The translations under genes and the position numbers were made by a program. From a virus, in UHGV virus genome UHGV-0106768: a stretch of DNA of 44,108 nt, one strand, 5' to 3'. Shown here in pieces: positions 18,648-28,561 of this stretch. How positions within the stretch are numbered: position 1 is the stretch's first letter; each line of letters opens with the position of its first letter. Below the pieces are notes generated by a model. It did no database searches. It was given only the letters and a program-made list of their open reading frames with translations, and was not told the origin of the DNA.

Positions 18648-18915
18648 TGGCAGCAGAGTAGCAGGTGCGGTAATCGCGCCGAAGGCAAATGATGAAATCA
18701 ACCATCCCTCACACTATACCGCCGGCAGCATTGAGGTCATCGACTTCCTCGAAGCATGGGACTTCCCTTTCCATCTGGCGAACGCGATCAAATATATCTG
18801 CCGCGCAGGGCGGAAAGATAAGAACGCTCTCGTCACCGATCTGAAGAAGGCAGTGTGGTATATCAACCGCTACATCGATTATGTTGAGAAGGGTGGCAAG
18901 GAGGGCAAGGCATGA
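18634..18915 (+). CDS. DUF3310-like phage protein
   Basis: ATG 18634 with GGAAGGAG RBS; NHPSHY...GSIEVIDF...NAIKYI.RAG.KD pattern. Confidence 0.5.
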   Translation: METSNGSRVAGAVIAPKANDEINHPSHYTAGSIEVIDFLEAWDFPFHLANAIKYICRAGRKDKNALVTDLKKAVWYINRYIDYVEKGGKEGKA

Positions 18916-19397
18916 CGCTGACTGAGAACTTCATTCAGAATGCCATCCATCTCGATGCGGGTGCGGAGGTCATGTACGGCAGCGATCAGATGTACGACAC
19001 CTACCCTTGCCGTTTTCCGGCTGTGGAGTTTCAACTTATGGCAACGGATGCTCTTGTTGAGGTTGCAGACCGCATCCGCATGGAGAAGGGCTACCTTCCG
19101 ATGCATCCGAGAGACGGCAAGACAGACGATGTGGACTGCGATGGTTTCTATGATTTTTATGTCGGGATTTCAAAGCTCCCCGGCGACCATCAGCAGTGCC
19201 AGCTTGACAGCAGCATCAGCTTTATGGTTGTCAATTCGGATTCGGATGACAACGAGGATATGTACAATATCGACTTGACAGAAGCAGAACGGGAATATGT
19301 GTATGAGATACTGAACCGACAGTGCCGGAGGTATCACGGCAAGGACTGCGCCGAACTTCTGGCAGAGTCTGAAAAGGAGCTGATGGATACAGCATGA
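18912..19397 (+). CDS. hypothetical protein
   Basis: 161-aa ORF overlapping the upstream stop (ATGA); RBS GGAGGG. Confidence 0.5.
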   Translation: MTLTENFIQNAIHLDAGAEVMYGSDQMYDTYPCRFPAVEFQLMATDALVEVADRIRMEKGYLPMHPRDGKTDDVDCDGFYDFYVGISKLPGDHQQCQLDSSISFMVVNSDSDDNEDMYNIDLTEAEREYVYEILNRQCRRYHGKDCAELLAESEKELMDTA

Positions 19398-21541
19398 GAA
19401 TTATCAAGCGAAACGGCGCAGAGGTGCCGTATGACTGTGAAAAGATCAGAGCCGCAATTACTGCGGCAAACGATGAGATGGATTCCGGCGACAGGATCAC
19501 AGATACAGTAATCGGCTTTATTGCTGGTAATGTAGAAAAGCGATGTGAGGCACTTGCAAGGCCTGTCCATGTCGAAGAAGTCCAGGACATGGTTCTTGAT
19601 GAACTGGACAGGGCCGAAGCGTACAAACTTGCACGGCACTACAGCGAGTACCGCCTGCGTCATGAACAGCAGCGCCGGATGAACACAACGGACGGCAAGA
19701 TTCTCAGTCTCCTTGAGAGGAACAACGAGGAGGCAAAACAGGAGAACGCCAACAAGAACCCGATCATCAACAGCACGCTCCGTGACTATATGGCGGGGGA
19801 GGTCAGCCGAGACATCTGCCGCCGATTCCTGTTTCCCGAAGATGTAATCGCTGCCCACGATGACGGCATCATTCATGTACACGATCTGGACTACATCGCA
19901 GAGCCGATGCATAACTGCTGTCTGGTGAATCTGGAGGATATGCTTCAGAACGGCACAGTGGTATCCGGTACTATAATTGAGAAGCCGCACAGCTTTTCGA
20001 CTGCCTGCAATATCGCAACGCAGATCATTGCACAGGTCGCCTCGAATCAGTACGGTGGACAGACCGTCAGCCTTGCACATCTTGCACCTTTCGTGGATGT
20101 GAGCAGAAAAAAGATCCGCACCGAGGTGTTCGAGGATGTGAACTGCGACTGCGGTGCAAAGCTGTCTGAAAAAGAACTGGACTACATCGTAGAAAAGCGT
20201 GTGCGACGGGAGGTCAAGCGTGGCGTGCAGACGATACAGTATCAGATCAACACGCTGCTCACTACCAACGGACAGACGCCGTTCGTCACAGTGTTTATGT
20301 ATCTTGATGAAGTGCCGGAGGGACAGACCCGTGATGACCTTGCGCTCATCATCGAGGAAACACTGCTTCAGCGTATCGAGGGTGTGAAAAACGAAAAGGG
20401 CATCTGGATCACACCGGCATTTCCGAAGCTGATCTATGTTCTTGATGAGGATAACATTCAGCCCGGTTCCAAGTATTACTATCTCACCGAGCTTGCCGCC
20501 AAGTGTACTGCAAAGCGCATGGTTCCCGACTATATTTCCGCAAAGGTGATGAAACGTCTGAAGGGTGATGTGTATGCCTGCATGGGCTGCCGATCTTTCC
20601 TGACACCTTCGGATGACCACAAATACTACGGGCGATTCAATCAGGGAGTCATCACGATCAACCTTGTGGATGTTGCGTGTAGCGCAGGCGGAGACGAAGA
20701 TAAATGCTGGCAGCTTCTTGATGAACGCTGCGAACTGTGCCGCAAAGCGCTTGTGTGTCGGCATGACCGCCTGAAAGGGACACCGTCCGATGTTGCACCA
20801 ATCCTCTGGCAGTATGGCGCACTTGCGAGACTGAAGAACGGCGAGGTCATTGACGATCTGCTGTATAACAACTACAGCACGATCTCGCTCGGCTATGCCG
20901 GCATCGCGGAAATGACCTATCACATGACAGGCCGTTCGCATACAGAGCCAGAAGGAAAAGCGTTTGCACTGAAGGTCATGCGATTCCTGAACGATAAGTG
21001 CAGCAAATGGAGAGCTGAAAGCAATATCTCGTTCTCGCTGTACGGCACGCCGATGGAGAGCGTCACCTACAAATTTGCACAATGTTTGCAGCGCAGACAC
21101 GGCATCATTCCTCATGTGACCGACAAGAGCTATATCACCAACAGCTATCATGTCCATGTGACTGAGCCGATCGATGCCTTCAGCAAGCTAATTTTTGAGG
21201 CAGAGTTTCAGGAGCTTTCTCCGGGCGGTGCGATCAGTTATGTGGAAGTACCGAATCTGCAAAACAATATCCCTGCAGTGCTGGTGCTCATGAGACACAT
21301 CTACGAAACGATTCTGTACGCCGAACTGAATACCAAGTCCGATTACTGTCAGGCTTGCGGCTATGACGGCGAGATCGGGATCGTGGAAGAAGACGGCAAG
21401 CTGATCTGGGAATGTCCGAACTGCGGCAACCGCGATCAGCGAACACTGAATGTCTGCCGCCGCACCTGCGGTTACCTCGGAACGCAGTTCTGGAATCAGG
21501 GACGCACTGCTGAGATCAAGGATCGGGTGATGCACCTGTGA
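19394..21541 (+). CDS. nrdD: anaerobic ribonucleoside-triphosphate reductase (class III, NrdD)
   Basis: 715 aa; C-terminal zinc ribbon (CQACG...CPNCG) and glycyl-radical motif RTCGYLG. Confidence 0.85.
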   Translation: MRIIKRNGAEVPYDCEKIRAAITAANDEMDSGDRITDTVIGFIAGNVEKRCEALARPVHVEEVQDMVLDELDRAEAYKLARHYSEYRLRHEQQRRMNTTDGKILSLLERNNEEAKQENANKNPIINSTLRDYMAGEVSRDICRRFLFPEDVIAAHDDGIIHVHDLDYIAEPMHNCCLVNLEDMLQNGTVVSGTIIEKPHSFSTACNIATQIIAQVASNQYGGQTVSLAHLAPFVDVSRKKIRTEVFEDVNCDCGAKLSEKELDYIVEKRVRREVKRGVQTIQYQINTLLTTNGQTPFVTVFMYLDEVPEGQTRDDLALIIEETLLQRIEGVKNEKGIWITPAFPKLIYVLDEDNIQPGSKYYYLTELAAKCTAKRMVPDYISAKVMKRLKGDVYACMGCRSFLTPSDDHKYYGRFNQGVITINLVDVACSAGGDEDKCWQLLDERCELCRKALVCRHDRLKGTPSDVAPILWQYGALARLKNGEVIDDLLYNNYSTISLGYAGIAEMTYHMTGRSHTEPEGKAFALKVMRFLNDKCSKWRAESNISFSLYGTPMESVTYKFAQCLQRRHGIIPHVTDKSYITNSYHVHVTEPIDAFSKLIFEAEFQELSPGGAISYVEVPNLQNNIPAVLVLMRHIYETILYAELNTKSDYCQACGYDGEIGIVEEDGKLIWECPNCGNRDQRTLNVCRRTCGYLGTQFWNQGRTAEIKDRVMHL

Positions 21542-22005
21542 ATTACTGCGGACTGAATAAAAACGATATCGCCAACGGCGAAGGTGTCCGTGTATCGCTG
21601 TTTGTATCCGGATGCCGGAATCAATGCAAGGGCTGTCACAACCCAGAGGCATGGGATTTCAGCTATGGACAGCCCTTCACAAAAGAAACTGAAGATGAGA
21701 TCATCGAAGCCCTGCGTCCTTCTTGGATACAGGGCATTTCCATACTCGGTGGTGAACCCTGTGAGCCGGAAAATGAAAAAACACTCCTGCCTCTGCTGAA
21801 AAAGATCTGGTGGGAGATGCCAGAAAAAGATATCTGGCTGTACAGCGGATACACTTACGAGCAGTTGCAAGGCAGAGCCATACTTCGGTATGTGGATGTT
21901 CTGGTTGACGGGCCGTTCCTAATCGACCAGAAGGATATCTCCCTTGCATTTCGAGGCAGTCGGAATCAACGGATCCTCCGATTAAGAAATGGGGTGCGGG
22001 TATGA
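21538..22005 (+). CDS. nrdG: anaerobic RNR activating protein (radical SAM, NrdG)
   Basis: CRNQCKGC radical-SAM cysteine motif near N-terminus; immediately downstream of and overlapping NrdD; GTG start. Confidence 0.75.
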   Translation: MNYCGLNKNDIANGEGVRVSLFVSGCRNQCKGCHNPEAWDFSYGQPFTKETEDEIIEALRPSWIQGISILGGEPCEPENEKTLLPLLKKIWWEMPEKDIWLYSGYTYEQLQGRAILRYVDVLVDGPFLIDQKDISLAFRGSRNQRILRLRNGVRV

Positions 22006-22319
22006 GAGCCAGACTGAAACCGCCGGGAGATGCCGTTCGCTGCGATGCCTGCGGATGTGCCTTTGTGCCGGAGCCGAAAATGCAGCGTGAGGGCGAGATC
22101 GAATACAGCTTCTTCAACTGTGATTACTGTGGCAAAGCGTATATCGTGTCTGTGACCGATGCCGCACTCCGCCGGAGCATCCGCAAGTACCGGACGCTTG
22201 CCGAAAAGCTGAAGGACAAGCCGCTGAGTGAAGAAACGCTCCGTGAAGTCACGGCGCTGAAGGATGCGAACACAAAAAGAGCCGCAGAGCTGCGGCAGAT
22301 GTATATACGGGAGGGATGA
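22002..22319 (+). CDS. zinc-ribbon hypothetical protein
   Basis: CDACGC...CDYCG; overlaps neighbours. Confidence 0.45.
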   Translation: MRARLKPPGDAVRCDACGCAFVPEPKMQREGEIEYSFFNCDYCGKAYIVSVTDAALRRSIRKYRTLAEKLKDKPLSEETLREVTALKDANTKRAAELRQMYIREG

Positions 22320-22320
22320 G

Positions 22321-23592
22321 ATGAAAACAGCAGAACTTCGCATGATCCCTGTCTCGGAACTGAAGCCTGCGGAATACAACCCGCGTAAAAAGCTGAAGCC
22401 CGGCGACAAGGAATACGAGAAGATCAAAAACAGCATCGAGGAATTCGGTTTTGCCGACCCTTTGGTAGTCAACGCCGATATGACCATCATCGGCGGACAT
22501 CAGAGACTGACCGTAGCGATGGCGCTCGGCTACACGGAAGTTCCGTGTGCGGTGGTAGACATCGACAAGGTTCGTGAGAAGGCACTGAACATCGCACTGA
22601 ACAAGATCACGGGTGCGTGGGACGAGAACCTTCTTGCTGAACTTCTGGAGGATATTCAGAACAGTGATTTCGATCTTGGCAAGACCGGCTTTGACCCGCC
22701 GGAGATCGAGCAGCTTTTCAATCAGGTACACGATAAGCAGGTCAAAGAGGACAGCTTCGATGTGGAGGAGGAGCTTCAGAAACCGACCTTCTCTCAGCCG
22801 GGAGATACCTGGATCCTCGGCAGGCACAGAGTCATCTGCGGCGACAGCACAGTTGCGGAGACATACACAAAGCTGATGGACGGACAGAAAGCAAATCTCG
22901 TCCTGACGGACCCGCCTTACAATGTGGATGTTGAGGAGACCGCCGGCAAGATCATGAACGATAACATGAGCGACAGCGATTTCTACAACTTCCTGCTTGC
23001 CGCCTATAAGTGTATGTATGACAGTCTTGCCGATGACGGCAGCATCTATGTATGGCACGCCGACACCGAGGGGCTGAATTTCAGAAAGGCATTCAAGGAC
23101 GCAGGATTCCAGCTTTCCGGCTGCTGTATCTGGAAGAAGAATTCGCTGGTGCTCGGGCGCAGTCCTTACCAGTGGATCCATGAACCGTGCCTGTTCGGCT
23201 GGAAGCAGAAGGGCAAGCATCAGTGGTACGCCGACCGCAAGCAGACGACCGTCTGGGAATACGACAAGCCGAAAAGCAGTCCCGATCATCCGACCACAAA
23301 GCCCATCCCGCTGATGGCGTACCCGATCAAGAACAGCACCATGACAAACGGCATCGTCCTCGATCCATTTCTCGGCTCTGGCTCTACGCTGATCGCCTGC
23401 TGTGAGACAGACCGTGTCTGCCGGGGCATCGAGCTTGACCCGAAGTTCGTGGATGTCATCGTGAAACGTTACCTCGCATGGTGTCAGGAGAAGCAGACCG
23501 CAGAGGTCGCATATGTTCTCCGTGACGGCCAGAAGCTGTCATACGAGGAAGCGATTGCAGTAATGCCGCAGGACGGTGATGCTGTTGAGTGA
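22321..23592 (+). CDS. ParB-like N-terminal domain fused to N6-adenine/N4-cytosine DNA methyltransferase
   Basis: ParB-N-like GGHQRL; MTase motif IV DPPY before motif I LDPFLGSGST (beta-class order); GGGAGGGA RBS. Confidence 0.8.
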   Translation: MKTAELRMIPVSELKPAEYNPRKKLKPGDKEYEKIKNSIEEFGFADPLVVNADMTIIGGHQRLTVAMALGYTEVPCAVVDIDKVREKALNIALNKITGAWDENLLAELLEDIQNSDFDLGKTGFDPPEIEQLFNQVHDKQVKEDSFDVEEELQKPTFSQPGDTWILGRHRVICGDSTVAETYTKLMDGQKANLVLTDPPYNVDVEETAGKIMNDNMSDSDFYNFLLAAYKCMYDSLADDGSIYVWHADTEGLNFRKAFKDAGFQLSGCCIWKKNSLVLGRSPYQWIHEPCLFGWKQKGKHQWYADRKQTTVWEYDKPKSSPDHPTTKPIPLMAYPIKNSTMTNGIVLDPFLGSGSTLIACCETDRVCRGIELDPKFVDVIVKRYLAWCQEKQTAEVAYVLRDGQKLSYEEAIAVMPQDGDAVE

Positions 23593-24352
23593 AGTAAAAT
23601 GCGTTCTCATACACGACAATTTCCAGAATTACAAGGGCTACAGCATTCCGAGGGCACAGCTCGTCATTGCGGATATCCCGTATAACATTGGCGGAGATTT
23701 TTACGCAAGTCGCCCGGACTGGTATGTGAATGGCGACAATCAGAACGGCGAAAGCAGCAAAGCGCACAAGGCGGCATTCCACACGGACTACTCTTTCAAC
23801 ATCGCTGAGTATTTCGCATTCTGCAACCGACTGCTCAAAAAGGAACCGTCCAAAGGTGAAAAGGATGCTCCCTGCATGATCATGTTCTGCGCCTTCCAGC
23901 AGATCCCGGAGGTCATCCGGCAGGCGGAGAAATAAGGCTTCAAGCACTACCAGTTTTTATGCTTTATGAAGAACTACAGTCCGCAGGTGCTGAAAGCAAA
24001 CATGAGGATCGTTGGTGCTACCGAATATGCGCTGGTGCTGTATCGGGGCAAGCTGCCGAAGTTCCGCAATACCGATGCGGACGGCAAGCGGCACATGATC
24101 TTCGACCATTTCGACTGGGTGCGGGACGGCAAAGATATCCCGAAGATACATCCAAGCCAGAAGCCGGTGAATCTGCTGAAGCGCCTGATTGGGATATTTA
24201 CCGATGAGGGCGATGTGGTCATCGACCCCTGTGCGGGTTCAGGAAGTACACTGAGAGCCGCAAGAGAAATGGGACGCAACAGCTACGGCTTTGAGGTCAG
24301 CAGGGATTTCTATACCAAAGCCCGTGAGCAGATGCTCGGAGGTGCGGAATGA
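23579..24352 (+). CDS. N6/N4 DNA methyltransferase interrupted by in-frame TAA at 23933-23935
   Basis: Motif IV DIPY upstream of the stop; HPSQKP and motif I IDPCAGSGST downstream; same frame, continuous protein-like read-through (AEK * GFKHYQFLCFMKN). Confidence 0.65.
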
Positions 24353-24594
24353 CGAAACAGGAATGTGCCATCGTGACAGCGTACACAGGGTTCGCTATGC
24401 TGAAGGGCAGCGACCTGAAATATCTGTACAATTATCTCTCCGGTCTCATCGGCAGGCCGGTGTATTCACACGAGATCCCTGCGGTCGCAGAAGCCTGCAA
24501 GGAACAAATACGAGAAGATTTCCTTGCCCTGTGCAGGAACGCAAAGGAGGCGGATGATGGATCATACAACAATGACGCTCGGCAGTCTGTTTGA
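24349..24594 (+). CDS. hypothetical small protein
   Basis: 81-aa ORF overlapping both MTase genes. Confidence 0.4.
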   Translation: MTKQECAIVTAYTGFAMLKGSDLKYLYNYLSGLIGRPVYSHEIPAVAEACKEQIREDFLALCRNAKEADDGSYNNDARQSV

Positions 24595-26848
24595 CGGCTC
24601 CGGGGGCTTTCCGCTTGGTGGCATCCTCGCAGGGATCGAGCCAAGGTGGAGCAGCGAAATTGAACCTTTTCCGGTGCTTGTCACGCACAAGCGGCTGCCG
24701 CAGGTGCAGCACTACGGTGATGTATCTACGCTGAACGGCGCAGAGCTTCCGCCGGTGGATATCATCACCTTAGGCAGTCCTTGTCAGGACCTGTCTATTG
24801 CGGGCAAGCGTGCCGGAATCCATGACGGTGATCGGTCGAACCTGTTCTTTCAGGCGATCCGCATCATCAAAGAAATGAGGGATGCAACAAATGGACGATA
24901 TCCGCGATACTGCGTCTGGGAAAATGTCCCCGGCGCTTTCTCATCCAACGGAGGAAACGACTTCAAGGCTGTCCTCGAAGCAGTTATCGGAGTTAAAGAA
25001 AAAGGGATCGAGGTGCCTGCGCCTGAAAATCACAGATGGGCAAAATCAGACGTATATCTGGGAGACGGATGGAGCGTGGCTTACCGAGTTTTCGATGCTC
25101 AATACTGGGGTGTCCCCCAACGCAGAGCAAGAATCTACCTTGTCGCAGATTTTGCTGGCGAAAGTGCCGGAGAAATACTATTTAAGTCCGAAGGCGTGTC
25201 TTGGTATACTCCGCAGGGCTTCCGTGCGTGGCAAGGAGCTGCCGGAGGTGCTGAAGAAGGCACTGGAGAAACAGGCGGGCGGTCTGACGCTGGAGGTGGA
25301 ACCCTCTGCCTGAATACACAGGGCAACAGCGGCGTCGGCATCACCGAGGACAAGGCTCTCGCACTGGTCGCACAGGATCACGGGAATCATCCTGCCGTTC
25401 TTGCCGCAGGTTTTTCCACAGAGCATAGTGCAAAAGCACGCAGCATCGGATACGAGGAGGAAGTCTCCCCGACACTGAGAGCAGGTGTTGTTCCTGCGGC
25501 ACTCTCGGTCGAAAACCATCCGACAGACGGTCGTGTGAAGATCCGTGAGGACGACACCTGCCAGACACTTTGCAGCAGAGCCGGGACGGGCGGCAACAAT
25601 GTACCGCTTGTCGCTGAACCGATCACGCTGAAAATCAGGTCAGGCTGCGAAGGCGGCGGCAAGGGCGCTCTCTGGCAAACTGATAAATCTGCTACGCTTG
25701 CTACCAACAACAACCAGACACTCTTTCAGCCAGAGATCAAAGCCTTCGGTGTATGTAGCAAGCATTCCAATGCGATGATGTCAGACAATCCGCACAGTGG
25801 CTTTTACGAAGCGACCACGAGCAGAACGCTTGACCAGAGCGGTGGAAACTCCGTAACATCGAATCAGGGCGGCATCTGCGTGGTAGCACCTGCGCCGGAG
25901 ACATTCGATGTGCGTTTCACATCGGACGGCACGAAAAATGCTCGTGGGCATTGTTACCCGACAGACATTTCCCGATGCCTTGATACGAGCGAGGGATCGC
26001 CAGACTCGAATCACGGCGGTGTCGCTGTGGTGGCTCTTGAACCGGGGGCTGCATCACGTGTCGGCGGTCATGTGTACAGTGACGGCAAAAGCGGTACGCT
26101 TCGAGCCAATGCCGGCGATAATCAGCAGGCTGTTGTGGTCGCCGAGCCGGAGACCTATGCTCTGCAAGGCTCGATGATCGGTCGTGCCGACAAGAACGGT
26201 CCGCAGGGTGACGGCATCAATGAGGATGTGTGCTTTACGCTCAATACTTCAGACAGGCACGCTATTGCCGCACCCGATCCGTCTTTCACGATTTCCCGTG
26301 ACAATCACTTCGCCGTTTCGGAAGATATATCTGTTACGGCAGTTGCGAGAGGTCCTGCAACGGTCGCAGCCCCGGCAGATCACTACTGCACAAGCAAGAA
26401 TTCACACCACACGGTCGCTGTGCATGAGCAGGCAAACACGCTGGTCGCATCCGACTGGAAGGATCCGCCGCTTGTGAACGACCTTCCGAATGACGAGCCG
26501 GTATATATCGTAAGAAGGCTGACTCCGGTGGAGTGCGCCAGATTGCAGGGATTCCCGGACTGGTGGTGTGCCGACCTTGCGATTCCTGATCCTTCTGACG
26601 AGGAGATCGCCTTCTGGATGGAAGTATGGGAAACTTGGAGACAGATCACAAATCCCAAGGGCAAACCGAAAACGGAAAAGCAGATCCGCAAATGGCTGGC
26701 TAATCCGTACACGGACAGTGCCGAGTACAAGTTATGGGGCAACGGTGTCTCAGAGCCCGTTGTGTTCTTCGTGCTATCCGGCATTGCCTGGGCGGCACAG
26801 AATTCTGAAACTAATGCAGCAAATTGTGAACATTCTGATACTATGTAA
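24557..26848 (+). CDS. DNA (cytosine-5) methyltransferase, unusually long, probably multispecific
   Basis: Motif I LFDGSGG, motif IV GSPCQDLS, motif VI ENVPG, C-terminal motif IX/X RRLTPVECARLQGFPDWW; ~450-aa variable region between catalytic and C-terminal motifs. Confidence 0.85.
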   Translation: MDHTTMTLGSLFDGSGGFPLGGILAGIEPRWSSEIEPFPVLVTHKRLPQVQHYGDVSTLNGAELPPVDIITLGSPCQDLSIAGKRAGIHDGDRSNLFFQAIRIIKEMRDATNGRYPRYCVWENVPGAFSSNGGNDFKAVLEAVIGVKEKGIEVPAPENHRWAKSDVYLGDGWSVAYRVFDAQYWGVPQRRARIYLVADFAGESAGEILFKSEGVSWYTPQGFRAWQGAAGGAEEGTGETGGRSDAGGGTLCLNTQGNSGVGITEDKALALVAQDHGNHPAVLAAGFSTEHSAKARSIGYEEEVSPTLRAGVVPAALSVENHPTDGRVKIREDDTCQTLCSRAGTGGNNVPLVAEPITLKIRSGCEGGGKGALWQTDKSATLATNNNQTLFQPEIKAFGVCSKHSNAMMSDNPHSGFYEATTSRTLDQSGGNSVTSNQGGICVVAPAPETFDVRFTSDGTKNARGHCYPTDISRCLDTSEGSPDSNHGGVAVVALEPGAASRVGGHVYSDGKSGTLRANAGDNQQAVVVAEPETYALQGSMIGRADKNGPQGDGINEDVCFTLNTSDRHAIAAPDPSFTISRDNHFAVSEDISVTAVARGPATVAAPADHYCTSKNSHHTVAVHEQANTLVASDWKDPPLVNDLPNDEPVYIVRRLTPVECARLQGFPDWWCADLAIPDPSDEEIAFWMEVWETWRQITNPKGKPKTEKQIRKWLANPYTDSAEYKLWGNGVSEPVVFFVLSGIAWAAQNSETNAANCEHSDTM

Positions 26849-26925
26849 GCTGTTCTGTATGGGCTTTCCGTGATATGCACAATCTCAGGGGCGTAAAAGC
26901 CCCGTACACTCTACGATTTACAGTC

Positions 26926-26954
26926 TTGATATATCCGCCGTAATGGCGTAATAT
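26926..26954 (+). promoter_or_regulatory. sigma-70-type promoter P1 (TTGATA-17-TAATAT)
   Basis: Consensus-like hexamers with 17-bp spacer ~55 nt upstream of ATG 27011. Confidence 0.6.
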
Positions 26955-27010
26955 GTGACTACCGCAAGGGAAAACCGAGCGGAATCAAAAACGAAACGGA
27001 GGATTCACAT

Positions 27011-28132
27011 ATGAAAACTTATGCAATGATCATTGGAAACCGCAAGGAACTCACAAAGAGAATCGAGGCACTCACCGGAGAGCGCAGCGTATACACCTTC
27101 ATGCCGAGATGCGCCTATGAGATCGGGGCATTCGCAGTCGAGAAGGACGGCACACTTACGGCACAGGACGATGCCGACCAGAGCGTGATCGACACCCTGA
27201 GAGCCGAGGGTATGATCGGTGGTGAGATCATCGCAGAGAGCATCAAGGCAGTCGAGCCGGAGCAGACCGATGAGACCGCAGAGCCGGAACAGCCTGCACC
27301 GCCCGTAAGCACCGATGAATGGGACGATGATGAGGATGACGACGATGAGAACAGCGTCGAGGGCGAGAATGCGGAAGCGGAAGAGCCGGAGGAGTCCGAA
27401 GAAAATGCCGATAAGTCGGAGCCTTCCGCAGAGCCAGAAGCCGCACCTCCTGCGACCGAGGATGCCTGGGATGATGAACCGGAGGATGAACCCGGCGACG
27501 AGCCGGAAGAAACCACCGAGCTTCCTGAACCGCTGACCGCAGAGATCAGCTTCCCGCTGAGCCATCACACGGTGCAGAGCCTTACAAACCTCATCTGCAT
27601 GATCCACTCCCGCGGCGCACTTCTCAGCAAGGCAACCGGCGGACAGTTTTACGCTGACAAGAGCCTCGCCGATGCGATCCTCGATGACAAGACCTTCCGC
27701 AGCATTCACGAGCTGATCGCCTACATCAGAGAATGGGAGGAGACGAATCCTGAACTGAAGGGCATCCGCTTCGCCGATGACAAGCTAATCTTTGACGGCT
27801 TCGGTGCAGCGCAGGATGCCGAAACGGTGCAGACCTTCACCAAGCTCGCCACAGCCATGAACAGGATGGCGATCACGCAGAAACGTGTGCAGGCAAAGGA
27901 TGTCGATGACAGCAACGAAAAGTACGCACTCCGCATCTGGCTGATCCGCCTTGGGCTGAACGGCGCAGACTGCAAGGTTGACCGCAAGCGCCTCATGGCT
28001 CCGCTTTCCGGACACACCGCATTCCGCAACGATGCGGAGCGTGTGCGCTGGGAGGCAAAGCAAAAGGCAAAGCGTGATGCTGCCAGAACCGAACTGACCG
28101 AGGAGGATGAAAACGATGCAGTTTCCGAATGA
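27011..28132 (+). CDS. acidic protein with amidoligase-like C-terminal module
   Basis: 373 aa; long D/E-rich tract (DEWDDDEDDDDENSVEGENAEAEEPEESEEN...); C-terminal ~70 aa align with the C-terminus of the 28562 amidoligase. Confidence 0.6.
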   Translation: MKTYAMIIGNRKELTKRIEALTGERSVYTFMPRCAYEIGAFAVEKDGTLTAQDDADQSVIDTLRAEGMIGGEIIAESIKAVEPEQTDETAEPEQPAPPVSTDEWDDDEDDDDENSVEGENAEAEEPEESEENADKSEPSAEPEAAPPATEDAWDDEPEDEPGDEPEETTELPEPLTAEISFPLSHHTVQSLTNLICMIHSRGALLSKATGGQFYADKSLADAILDDKTFRSIHELIAYIREWEETNPELKGIRFADDKLIFDGFGAAQDAETVQTFTKLATAMNRMAITQKRVQAKDVDDSNEKYALRIWLIRLGLNGADCKVDRKRLMAPLSGHTAFRNDAERVRWEAKQKAKRDAARTELTEEDENDAVSE

Positions 28133-28364
28133 AAGACAGCTCAGAGCCTTGCGGGAGCGTTATCCCGCAGGAACCCGCATCCGACTGAAGCATATGGATG
28201 ACCCTTATGCACCCGTACCGCCCGGCACGGTCGGAGAGGTTCAGATGGTCGATGACGGCGGCAACATACACATGGTCTGGGAGAATGGCAGAACGCTCTC
28301 CCTTATAGACGGTGTCGATGATTTCCAAGTCATTTCTGACCGCAATGGGGGCTCCGGAAAATAA
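28116..28364 (+). CDS. DUF4314-like small protein
   Basis: MQFPNERQLRALRERYPAGTRIRLKHMDDPYAPVPPGTVGEV...; GAGGAGGA RBS 9 nt upstream of ATG 28116. Confidence 0.5.
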   Translation: MQFPNERQLRALRERYPAGTRIRLKHMDDPYAPVPPGTVGEVQMVDDGGNIHMVWENGRTLSLIDGVDDFQVISDRNGGSGK

Positions 28365-28477
28365 GAGATCCTATTCCATTGTATCCGAGTATACCATAGA
28401 ATTTCAAGTATATCAAGTGTACACATACACCAGATATGAGCAATGTATTTTCCTCGATATTCTGTGGTTTTAGCGGC

Positions 28478-28506
28478 TTGCTATATCCTCCGAAAGACGG
28501 TAACAT
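28478..28506 (+). promoter_or_regulatory. promoter P2 (TTGCTA-17-TAACAT)
   Basis: Same architecture as P1; followed by conserved leader with GGGC-AAAC-GCCC hairpin. Confidence 0.6.
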
Positions 28507-28561
28507 GTGACACAACGGAAGGGCAAACGCCCACCGAAAAACCGAATCGGAGGATACCAAA

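Noticed and set aside
19334-21157. Long minus-strand ORFs (19334..21157, 22249..23289, 16130..17176, 13943..14782, 28481..29557, 43056..43946 and others) antisense to the large + strand genes
   Set aside because: Each lies entirely inside a + strand gene with strong motif support; they lack RBS and recognisable motifs and are typical antisense open frames in GC-rich coding sequence.
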